From Tepidisphaeraceae bacterium (GTDB taxonomy: Bacteria; Planctomycetota; Phycisphaerae; Tepidisphaerales; Tepidisphaeraceae), in the NCBI GenBank assembly GCA_049679725.1, contig JBAUGM010000160.1, forward strand, positions 1 to 51,955: a stretch of 51,955 bases of DNA, written 5' to 3'. The position numbers and the translations under genes were made by a program. Positions 26,083-35,400 of this stretch are shown here, in pieces. Below the pieces are notes generated by a model, which worked only from the letters and a program-made list of their open reading frames with translations, was not told the DNA's origin and searched no databases. Each line of letters opens with the position of its first letter. Positions within the stretch are counted from its first letter, which is position 1.

Positions 26083-29000
26083 ATGGAGACCGTCGACTTC
26101 GGAAATCTGTGCCGGCAAGCGAACGAATGGAGGCGTCAGGCTGCGGATCTCGACTTCCTCGGAGAGATCGCGCTTCCACAGGCCGAGCTGGAGCAACTCC
26201 TTAAGATCCTCGGACGTTTCCACAAGCGCGTCGATGAACCGGAACTGTCGTTCGCCCTAGCCGTTGGAGCCGTCAATTGGGCCTACTGGCGTGGCGTCGA
26301 CGAGGAGGAGTCAAAAGGATTCCGCCATTCATTCATGACCCATTCCTTGGGCTACAGCGACCTACGCGAATGGGATCGATTGTGGGGGCCAGCGATTGAG
26401 CGAGCAATCTGCGACTGGAGTAAGCAACCCCCGAGGTTTGGCACATACCGATACGTCGGCCTCATCCTCCGGCACGCCGGAGTACCGCACTCGAAAATCC
26501 CAAGACTCGCGCAATTGTTGCAAGATATCGATCGCAACGTCGGTTGGCCAAACGTACCCGCGGCAAGAGACACCCAGATTCAGGGATACGTCGGTGCCTT
26601 CTTTGGCACGGGTTGTATCGGTGAGCATCTCGCGAGTGAGGCTGGACTCGCATACCTGCGAAGCCTCTGCGCGGACCTTATGCTCTTGCGATCCCGTTCA
26701 CCGCAGTCGGTCGACGACCTGCCGGGGTATCGGCCGGGTCTATTGCCTGCACTTCTGGCACATCTCGAATTGGGACCGCGGGTCCCGGCACCACAGTCTT
26801 TCCAACTGCCATACGTCATATTTGATCCCTCAAGCGGCCGCATCGAGCTTGTTTTCGACGAACGCCTCATTCGGCGGCGAGACCCGATTCAGTGCGACCA
26901 AAGGGAGAGGCGCCTCTTCGACGCCAGACTCGACCTTGGCCCTGGCGGCATTGAACCCGCGTCGACCTATAGTGGGCGTCTTCCAGACGGGCGTTCGTGG
27001 TCGGTGAAGGGCTGGCGCTATACGGATAGTGGCGCCTGGGCTCTGTTTCGGGCGGATGGGCGTCTGGTGACCACCCATTCACATGGCGACGCGGTGTCGA
27101 CCGGAGATTATCTGCTCGCGGTGATCCCAAGCCTCAACCCGACCGAGCTTTGGCCCGACGCCGCGGATGACGGGGAGCGGTTCCTTCCAGACGGCACCGA
27201 GTGCAGACTTTGGCATATCCGACTCAGCGAAGGTGACGACGGAAAGCTTCCCAACCTTCATGTGACCACTTCTGTCCATCCGTGGCTGGAGGTCGTGAAT
27301 GCGGGCCCCATGACCCGCTGGACCGAACTTGATGGAGTCTGCCCCGAGCAACCCATCGTTAACGTTGGGGGCTGGACGAATCGCAATAGCAGGCGATTCC
27401 GGCTAACGCTGACGTCCGGGGTCGACCAACGCGACCTGCACCCTTCGATATCTTCCGACGGCACGACCAGCATCGTGCTCTCAGAGCTGTCTGTTGGCGT
27501 CGTGGCTGAACTGAGCCTCGTGCCCGTCGGGTTCCAGCATGGTCCGCGAGTCACGCAAACCATGCGCGTGGTCCGCTTCCCCGGCCGCATCGATGTCGCA
27601 GACGGTCTATGGCCACTGGATGATGAAGCCAGTCTGATGATGAGCGTCAGTGATGGTCTGCGCGTGGAGGCGAACGACGACCTGCAATTAGACGCACATG
27701 AACGACGAGTTAAGGTGCTTGTGCCGCCCAACACGAATTGGGCCTCGCTGCGGGCCCTCAAGGGCGACGCGTCACTCTCGCTGCGATTCCCTGTCCGGCG
27801 TTGTTCGTTCTCAACCTCAGACTCGCCCGTTGTACCGGCAATATTCGACCGGGCCCTCCTGCGAGAGATGTGCGATCTTGGCGCCTCGTGCCGAACATTC
27901 ACAGTCTCGGCCATACCCGGCTGCACGGTGGACCTGATTGCCCGCGACCGAGAGGGTAACAGCCGTGTGTGGCGACGAGGCCTTCGGCTGGGTAGCAACG
28001 GCCGGCTGGAATTGCCTGGTACAGAGCTGGTCGATGTCACTCGCAACGAAGCTGGTATTCTGGAGATCGTCGTCAATTGTGACGGCTTCGAGGTCGCCAC
28101 AGGGGCGTTGTTCGTCGAACCAGTGGTTACCGATCTGAACACCGGCCCCTGGCCTCCCACGGTCGACCGTTACCTTCAACTCCTTCGTCAACCTCTTGTC
28201 ACTCCAGAAGGCCTCGATGTGGTGGCCGCAGCGCCGTCACTCTATCGTCACGCGAGAGTCATCGCCGCAGCGGACTGCGCATTCGGACTGTCGCCTCTGT
28301 CGCCGAGCGCGTTCCGGCTTCCCGTCAGCGCAGCGGATTGGATCGACCGATGTCGGGACCTGTTGTCCAATCAGCCACACACGCCGGGACTGAGCGCCGC
28401 GACCTGGAAGTCGGAGTTACTCGCCTGGCTCAAGGCGGCGCCATTGCCAATCTGTCCGGTGCGGTGGGAGGCGGCCGTCCGCTCGCTGATTGCCGAGATC
28501 GACCGGAAGATCGACATCTCCGGGCCCCTCTCTCGGCTACTTGCTGGAATAGCCGATCCCTCGGTGCCGGACGGGCTAGTTCACGGCTGGAAGTGCTATG
28601 TCGATGCCGAGCATCGGCTGCAACACGGCGATCAGAGAATCATCCAAGCCAACTCCTATTTCTCGGCTGCTGCTCGTGGGACGCTGCCCTGGAGCGCGAT
28701 CGCTGAACGCCTCTCCGCGTGGGCATTGCTGCGAGCAGGCGCCGTGCCGCAATTCGCGAAGTCGGTTGCGACGCTCACGCCGACAGTCGATTGTCCTGGA
28801 TTAACTTGTACTCTTCGCGCCGTCTCTTCGCTCTTAGCTCTGAAGCGGCCGGACGATGCTTCCCACGAACCCGGAGGGCTTGAACTGTCGCCTCGCGAGG
28901 ATGACCGTTTGCTCGCGTCAGCAATCGAAGGCAATCCCGGTGCTTGGTCACGTGCTGCGGAGAAGTGCTGGCTCTCCGCTTGGCTTGGTTGGCGTTGGTC

Positions 29001-29139
29001 CATCATAATGGGCCCGAACGGAGAGCATCGCGAGGAATACCGGGGCGCCGCCCTAGCACGCGTTGAAGATGTACCGATGCGCGGCCGTGAGCTCCTGTCC
29101 GTGGAGCTTCGATCAGGTGTACCTCATCCCATTAGCTAG
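26083..29139 (+). CDS. Large hypothetical protein (1018 aa), no recognisable domain
   Basis: ATG lies 13 nt after the previous stop, preceded by GGGGTGGA. The frame is continuous and coding-like. Trp/Arg-rich. I recognise no catalytic motif. Confidence 0.7.
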   Translation: METVDFGNLCRQANEWRRQAADLDFLGEIALPQAELEQLLKILGRFHKRVDEPELSFALAVGAVNWAYWRGVDEEESKGFRHSFMTHSLGYSDLREWDRLWGPAIERAICDWSKQPPRFGTYRYVGLILRHAGVPHSKIPRLAQLLQDIDRNVGWPNVPAARDTQIQGYVGAFFGTGCIGEHLASEAGLAYLRSLCADLMLLRSRSPQSVDDLPGYRPGLLPALLAHLELGPRVPAPQSFQLPYVIFDPSSGRIELVFDERLIRRRDPIQCDQRERRLFDARLDLGPGGIEPASTYSGRLPDGRSWSVKGWRYTDSGAWALFRADGRLVTTHSHGDAVSTGDYLLAVIPSLNPTELWPDAADDGERFLPDGTECRLWHIRLSEGDDGKLPNLHVTTSVHPWLEVVNAGPMTRWTELDGVCPEQPIVNVGGWTNRNSRRFRLTLTSGVDQRDLHPSISSDGTTSIVLSELSVGVVAELSLVPVGFQHGPRVTQTMRVVRFPGRIDVADGLWPLDDEASLMMSVSDGLRVEANDDLQLDAHERRVKVLVPPNTNWASLRALKGDASLSLRFPVRRCSFSTSDSPVVPAIFDRALLREMCDLGASCRTFTVSAIPGCTVDLIARDREGNSRVWRRGLRLGSNGRLELPGTELVDVTRNEAGILEIVVNCDGFEVATGALFVEPVVTDLNTGPWPPTVDRYLQLLRQPLVTPEGLDVVAAAPSLYRHARVIAAADCAFGLSPLSPSAFRLPVSAADWIDRCRDLLSNQPHTPGLSAATWKSELLAWLKAAPLPICPVRWEAAVRSLIAEIDRKIDISGPLSRLLAGIADPSVPDGLVHGWKCYVDAEHRLQHGDQRIIQANSYFSAAARGTLPWSAIAERLSAWALLRAGAVPQFAKSVATLTPTVDCPGLTCTLRAVSSLLALKRPDDASHEPGGLELSPREDDRLLASAIEGNPGAWSRAAEKCWLSAWLGWRWSIIMGPNGEHREEYRGAALARVEDVPMRGRELLSVELRSGVPHPIS

Positions 29140-29152
29140 AAACGGAGTTCGG

Positions 29153-30508
29153 ATGAACATGCAGCCACCGCCACCCACTCAACCGTCGCAACGGACACTC
29201 ATTGACGCAGTCAGGCAAGGCGAGAAGAAGAAGATCCCGCTCATTCAAGCGTTGAAGCTCACCCGCATCGATCGTGGGAACGTTGCAGACTTCATCGGCG
29301 CGATGAACGAAGTCCCCGGCCCCTTGGCAGCAGAACTTATTGCGCTCGCATGGAGCGACCTTGACGTTGAGTGTCGCCTTTGCGTGGTTCGCGAATGGCT
29401 CGACGGCAAAGACAAAGAGCAACAGGCGGGCGGCTATCATGCACTCTCCGCAAGGCTCCTGATATCCGACTCAGGCGCCGCCATGGACATCCTCGACCGA
29501 GTTGCGAAGCTCGCGGCGGGGTCACCTCCCTGCTTGAGACGGGTCATCTCCACCACCCGTTCGGAATGGGTCGGCACCACCCCAGAGCAAGCGAGGTTTC
29601 AACAGGTCGACCCCTTAAACCTGACCACGAACAGCCGCTTAATGCTCCTGGATTGGCTCTGCGACTGCTGTCCGGCAGAGCTCCGGCCGTCCGATGATGA
29701 GCGTCGGCGGACGGAACTTCAGAAGCACGCCGAGGCAAGGGCGGCTCTCGTTGCAGCTTGGCTCGAGCAGCTGCAAACTAAACAGTTATCAGAGCCTGTC
29801 GCACTCGCCATCGAGCGAAGTCTGGCCCGGCTCCGGCCAAAGGCGACCATCGTCCCGACTGCTCAGCCGGCCCGGCTGGAGATCGAACAGCCGCCCGACA
29901 CGAAGACCTCGACCTCACCCGTTCCCACTCCGCAGAGAACGAGCACAACCCCGCCGCAGGAGGCGGAGACGAACGACATGCTTCGCGAGGTCTTCAGCTC
30001 GATCAGACGCGTGTTTCAAAGGGAATCAGACCTGCATCGCCGCGAACTTCGGTCTGTCGAGTCCGAGTTAGTAAGTGCGAAGGCACAACTGGAGCGATCA
30101 GAACGCGACGCCGCGGCCTATCGAAACGCGAACGCCAAGGCGACGGAGCGCCTGTCAGAATTGGACGAGGAAATGCGAGGGCTCCTGGATGCGCGAGAGA
30201 GGACTGACAAGGAGTTGTCAGAGGCGCGTGAGAAGCTCGTCATCGTTAGCGCGGACCTAGACGCCGAGCGGCGCCAGAAGCAGGCCTTTCGCGATGAAAG
30301 TCACGAGGCCGTGTCAAGAGAAACGCAACGCGAGCGAGACCGTTTGCTGGCGCAGCTCGGGCAGCGGATCGGGAACATTGTTGAGGGTTACCGGGAGATC
30401 CGTGCCCGGGGGCCGCTTCCCGAAGGCACACCCACGATGGTGGGCGACATGATGGACGAGTTATTGTCACGGCTTGAAGCGGCAGGCGTACGTTTCAGGC
30501 GTGAGTGA
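29153..30508 (+). CDS. Coiled-coil protein (helical N-domain, P/T/S-rich linker, long charged coiled coil)
   Basis: Start is ATG 29153 (AACGGAG upstream), 13 nt after the previous stop; track ORF 29063..30508 overlaps the upstream gene. Linker QPPDTKTSTSPVPTPQRTSTTPPQEAE. Coiled coil ELVSAKAQLERSERDAAAYRNANAKATERLSELDEEMRGLLDARERTDKELSEAREKL.... Confidence 0.65.
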   Translation: MNMQPPPPTQPSQRTLIDAVRQGEKKKIPLIQALKLTRIDRGNVADFIGAMNEVPGPLAAELIALAWSDLDVECRLCVVREWLDGKDKEQQAGGYHALSARLLISDSGAAMDILDRVAKLAAGSPPCLRRVISTTRSEWVGTTPEQARFQQVDPLNLTTNSRLMLLDWLCDCCPAELRPSDDERRRTELQKHAEARAALVAAWLEQLQTKQLSEPVALAIERSLARLRPKATIVPTAQPARLEIEQPPDTKTSTSPVPTPQRTSTTPPQEAETNDMLREVFSSIRRVFQRESDLHRRELRSVESELVSAKAQLERSERDAAAYRNANAKATERLSELDEEMRGLLDARERTDKELSEAREKLVIVSADLDAERRQKQAFRDESHEAVSRETQRERDRLLAQLGQRIGNIVEGYREIRARGPLPEGTPTMVGDMMDELLSRLEAAGVRFRRE

Positions 30509-30523
30509 TTCCCAGGGGACTAA

Positions 30524-32002
30524 ATGGCTATCGGCATCGATTTTGGCACTACTAATTCTGCGGTGGTTTACAACCGAAACCAGTTGCTTGATGAGAGCGA
30601 CGAGCGGCCTATGCCTTCGCTCGTTGCGATAGACCCGCTAACAGGTAGCACGCTCGTCGGTCACGACGCCCGGAAGAAGCGGCATGACCTGGCTCGCGGC
30701 TCGTGGCACGTGGTCAGCTCTGTCAAGCTCGCACTATCTCATGATCGGGCGATCGCGGAAAGGCAGGGAAGCAAGCTCAATAGCACCGACATCTCAGCGA
30801 TCCTGTTCGACGAGCTTCGACAGCGGTCCGATCGATTGTTCGGCGCTGGCAGAGCGAAGGAAGCCGTCGTCAGCATCCCCATCGGATTGCGGGCGGGTGC
30901 CCGACGGAGGGTTCGTACGGCTGCCGAGCGAGCCGGAATTAAGATCTTGGAGTTCGTCTCAGAGCCCACTGCCGCATTTCTGGCATGTCGTGACCAACTT
31001 CCCGACACTGAACGTGTGCTCGTGTTCGACTGGGGTGGGGGGACGCTGGACGTGTCCGTGCTTCAGATCGAGGACGGCGCTGTGCATGAACTGGCGACCG
31101 CCAGTCTTCTCCAAGCTGGCGACATTATCGACGAGCTCATAGCCGAGCACATTCATGAGACCCTCACCCAAGAGGATTTCGATCGAACGCGAATGCCACC
31201 GAAGCAGTACGATCGGATTCTGATTGAAGCCGAATCGGCGAAGTGCGCGTTGACCGATGCGGAAGAAGCGCTGATTTTCCTGCCGGATTACCTCGGTCGA
31301 GACCACAAGTTCAAGCTTGACCGCGGTGCCTTGGGAGCACTCACCCAGCCGATTGTCGAGGCGTGCGTCAAGGTGGTTGCGGACGCGATCACGACGGCCC
31401 GGAGAGTAGGCGGTGATGCAAAGCTCGACCACATTGTACTCGTTGGCGGCAGCAGCAGGTTGTGGGGAATCGGGCCCAGGTTGCGAGAAGCTTTCATTGA
31501 CGTTGACGTTTTCGTGCCGAGCCGCCCCCAGTGGGCGGTTGCCCAAGGTGCGTCAGTTCTAGCCGAGGAGCTTAGTGGCAAGGAGAGGAGCTCCGTTTAT
31601 CGTTTGAACCACCCTGTGTATCTGCGACTAAGCGATGGGACTCTGCTGCCGTTGGTCCGCGCTGGTGACCGCTTTGACGGCAAGTATCGACGATACCTGC
31701 TAGGCGTAATTGAAGACACAGAGCACGCGCAGCTTGTATTTGCCGTGCCAGATGGTCACGGCAATGGCATCCTCGGCGGCATGCCCCAAGTCCGGTCCGT
31801 CGACTTTCTTTCCGTGCCGATCCAAGGACTTCCATTCGAGCAACTTAGGCTGGAGGCGAGATTGACGCCGGAACTGACCTTGGAGGTACGAGCCCAAACC
31901 GAGAAGGCAGATCCATACGCCAAGGAACACTGGACACACTGGGAGTACGAACAGCTTATGTTCTCCTACGGTCTCGGTGCCGGAACTGGAGGGGTACGGT
32001 GA
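30524..32002 (+). CDS. Non-canonical Hsp70/DnaK-like (actin-fold) ATPase
   Basis: 492 aa. MAIGIDFGTTNSAVVY (phosphate-1). VLVFDWGGGTLDVSVLQI (phosphate-2). HIVLVGGSSRLWGIGPRL (adenosine motif). The divergent ~120-aa C-terminal region is much shorter than a DnaK substrate-binding domain plus lid. Confidence 0.8.
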   Translation: MAIGIDFGTTNSAVVYNRNQLLDESDERPMPSLVAIDPLTGSTLVGHDARKKRHDLARGSWHVVSSVKLALSHDRAIAERQGSKLNSTDISAILFDELRQRSDRLFGAGRAKEAVVSIPIGLRAGARRRVRTAAERAGIKILEFVSEPTAAFLACRDQLPDTERVLVFDWGGGTLDVSVLQIEDGAVHELATASLLQAGDIIDELIAEHIHETLTQEDFDRTRMPPKQYDRILIEAESAKCALTDAEEALIFLPDYLGRDHKFKLDRGALGALTQPIVEACVKVVADAITTARRVGGDAKLDHIVLVGGSSRLWGIGPRLREAFIDVDVFVPSRPQWAVAQGASVLAEELSGKERSSVYRLNHPVYLRLSDGTLLPLVRAGDRFDGKYRRYLLGVIEDTEHAQLVFAVPDGHGNGILGGMPQVRSVDFLSVPIQGLPFEQLRLEARLTPELTLEVRAQTEKADPYAKEHWTHWEYEQLMFSYGLGAGTGGVR

Positions 32003-32442
32003 CTGGGCGTCAGCAGATCGAACAGGGAATCGTCCGACCGGCGCCGACCTTCGGCGACGTTCGATCAAACGTGACCGTATGCTCCAACCTCTTCCCGCGG
32101 TCACCGGAGATCTTGGAGCCCGAGCGGGACGTGGCATTCCGTTGCCGCGTCAGGGGTGCGATCGCACTTCGTAACATCGTGCCACCGGGCATTATCGACT
32201 CGATGTCAGGCAAGCACGGAATAGTGAAGCTATCCGAAGCAGATCGGGCGGCAGGTTTCGACGGAACGCTATCGTACGTCGTCTTCGCGCTGCTCCCAGA
32301 GCAGGTGCAAGAACTGCACGCATTCCGGTGCATCGACTGCGGACGCTCGACTGTCAGCGTTTGGTTCGAGAAGGGGCAAGTTCAGCGGCGATTCGTCACA
32401 TGCATGTGTCAGCGCCCAGGCCGGGGAGAGGAATCACGATGA
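31999..32442 (+). CDS. Small protein with C-terminal Cys cluster (possible zinc ribbon)
   Basis: 147 aa. GTG 31999 overlaps the Hsp70-like stop (GTGA), and its own stop overlaps the next ATG (ATGA). C-terminal FRCIDCGRSTVSVWFEKGQVQRRFVTCMCQ (CxxC ... CxC). Confidence 0.5.
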   Translation: MTGRQQIEQGIVRPAPTFGDVRSNVTVCSNLFPRSPEILEPERDVAFRCRVRGAIALRNIVPPGIIDSMSGKHGIVKLSEADRAAGFDGTLSYVVFALLPEQVQELHAFRCIDCGRSTVSVWFEKGQVQRRFVTCMCQRPGRGEESR

Positions 32443-35400
32443 TTGATCCGTTCGAGATGTGGCGAAAGCTCACAGGATCTTATCACTCTTATCTGAGCGA
32501 GACCTTCCCCGTTCACGCCTCGGAACCACGCCTTCGCGAACTCCTGCATTCGGCGATCCGCCGGGAGAACGCCGTTTGCAAGCCACCTCTCGTCTCGATG
32601 ATTCCGGCATATGCGACGGCGCTCACACCCGATCAATTATTCCGCAACGCGTCGCCGCCGCGCCTGCATGCCCAGCTCCGGCGGCTTTCTCCGCGCGAGT
32701 TTGATCCCGGCCGCCCGCTGTACGTGCACCAAGTCGAAGCTATCGAACGAATCCAATTAGGCCGGAACGCCGTCGTCGCGACGGGCACCGGCTCGGGAAA
32801 GACCGAGGCATTCCTCCTTCCTATCCTCGACCACTGCGTCCGTACGCGCAACAAGGGCATCCAGGCGATCTTGGTCTATCCCATGAACGCCCTTGCGAAC
32901 GACCAGCTAGACCGTCTCCGAGCGCTACTTGGCGACAGCGGCATCACGATCGGCCGTTACACAGGTCAGACTCCCGAAAACGAGGAGGACCTGGACGAGG
33001 ACACACGGAAGAATGCCAAGCCCTTCGAGCGGGCGACACGAGAGCAGATCCGCCAGCAGCCCCCGCAGATACTGCTGACCAACTTCGCGATGCTGGAGTA
33101 TTTGCTCCTACGACCGAGCGATCAAACGATCTTTAAGGATAGCAGCGTCCAGTTCGTGGTGCTGGATGAAGCTCACTCCTACCGAGGGTCGCAGGGGATC
33201 GACATCTCCCTTTTGATGAAGCGTCTTCAGTTGAGGTTTCCCAAAAAGGTTCAGTTCATCCTGACGTCAGCAACTCTTGGAGATCCCCGAGATGCCGGCA
33301 ACAAGGACCGAATTGCAAATTATGCGTCCGAGCTTTCCGGCGCCGAGCTCGCACCCGAAGATGTGGTGGGCGGATACACGGTGGATCCGTTCGAAGGCGT
33401 CGCACGCGACGAGTTGACGAAAGATGCGATTGCACGCCTCGCGAATCTGTCGATCACGCAGGTCGTGGATGCAGTCGCCTCCAACGAGCGGACGCGTTCG
33501 CTTTTGCAAAGCGTGGCCCTTCCGATTGAAAGCGGTGCGTCGGGCGTAGACACGCTCTATGCCTCCCTCCGGAAGCTCGCGCCGCTGCATCGGTTTTACT
33601 GTGCCCTCAAGGAAGGGCCCAGCACGGTTGACGCGCTGGCCCGCAACCTATCGGGACCAATTCCAGCGGCTTCGGCTGACGATAGCGAGATCCACGCGAC
33701 TATATCCCTGCTCGCGGCTGCATCGCTCGCGATCCCGGCGGACGGTCGCACGCCGCCTCTCTTGGCCATCCGTCTTCATCACTTCTTCCGTGGATTTGGC
33801 GGCGCGAGTGTGCTGCTGGATAGCGTGGACACGAGAGTGGTCGTCAAGAAGCTCTATTTGGAGCGAAAGGCGGTGGACGACATTCCGGACCCGCACTCCG
33901 GTGAAGAACCCACCGGTCGCGCGCTCGTCGCCCTCTTCACTTGCACCCACTGTGGCATGCCCGTGGCAGGCGTGGAAAAAGAGAATGACACGTGGAAGAC
34001 GCCGCTTTCGAATCGCTCACAGCGGGACCTCGACCTCTTGACCTGGCTGGAATTTGAGCAGCTCGAGGGAGACGAGGATGTAGAAGGGACCGACGGATTT
34101 GACCCTAACTACATGTTCCTGTGCACAGAGGAGTCATGCCGTGCGGTAGGCGAAGGAACGCCCGCGTCGTGCGGACATTCTGGCCAACTCCGCCTCCTGC
34201 GTTTACCACAGGCCGATGCCCAAGGCCTTCGCCGATGCCCGTGTTGTAACGGCGAGCGCCGCCCCTACCCCTCGGTATTGCGCGACTTCGTTGTTGGGGA
34301 AGATGCACCAACGGCGTTGCTTGCGGAAGAAATCCTCAGATGCCTTCCAGAACAGCCGGACTCCCGCTCGAAGCCAGCTGGCGGGCGACAGCTGATCGCG
34401 TTTAGTGACGCCCGGCAACGGGCAGCGTTCTTCTATCCGTACTTGGCGCGTACAAGCTGCGAGCCTGCGTATGTTCAACCGTTGATCGCCGCGGCGCGCC
34501 AACTAGAGGATGATGGGGACGTGACGACACCCAAGAGGATTGTGGAGGCGGCCACGCAGATCGTATTGAATCAGCCGCGCGTGCTCGTCCGCCGCATCGA
34601 AGGCGACATTGAGTATTACGAGCATCTAGCCAAGAAGCCCACGAGCGAGGACCTGGCGGACATCCGCGAGAGTCTGGCGGCTATCCTGTACGAACAACTT
34701 GGAGCGACGGGACGGATGCGGACGAGACTTCCGGGCTTGTGCTTGCTCGGAGCAAGGTTTGACATTGACGACGACTCGCTGGGCGATGCTCAACGCCGAG
34801 TTCCGGAGTTGTTCGGCGACGAACGGGCCGGTCGAGACACAGTCAGTCGACTTCTGAACACCCTCATTCGAACGCAAGCAGTTGAGTTCTGGCCCAGTCA
34901 GGTGGACCGACGCAAGATTCTCGGTCTGGCTGAAGGCCCGACGCTGGTAACGGTGCATCGCGGGGCTCGCTCGTACGTCGAACGCCACCAGATGCTGCAA
35001 TGGAATTCGATCAGACGCAGCATACGTGGATGGATCATTCGTCAGGCCCTCAGCCTGCGAGAAGGTGACCCTTCCGCGGACTCGACTGCCACTGCCGTGT
35101 TGGACAAGGTTTGGGACTGGATGCTGGACGCGGGCGTCCTTCAGGAGCACTCCCAACACCCAGGCGAGTTTCGGCTCCCGGCGAAACGGATTCTCGCGAC
35201 AACGCAAGGGCCATGGTTCCGTTGTGATCGGTGCGGGGCAGTGACCCTCCACCTAATGAACGGCACCTGCGAGATGAAGAGCTGCCGGGGCACCCTCCAC
35301 GCCATTAGCAGAGAGGCACTCAAGCAGGAGCACGCTGACAGTCATCGGGTGAAGCGCTTCGTGCAGAGGCCCTTACCTCTCGCAGTCCGAGAGCACACCG

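Noticed and set aside
27258-28160. 300-aa minus ORF, and many other 60-240-aa antisense ORFs inside the large island genes (e.g. 40434..41156, 46596..47234, 18406..19311)
   Set aside because: All lie antisense or off-frame within long, motif-bearing plus-strand genes and have Ser/Arg/Pro-rich low-complexity translations.
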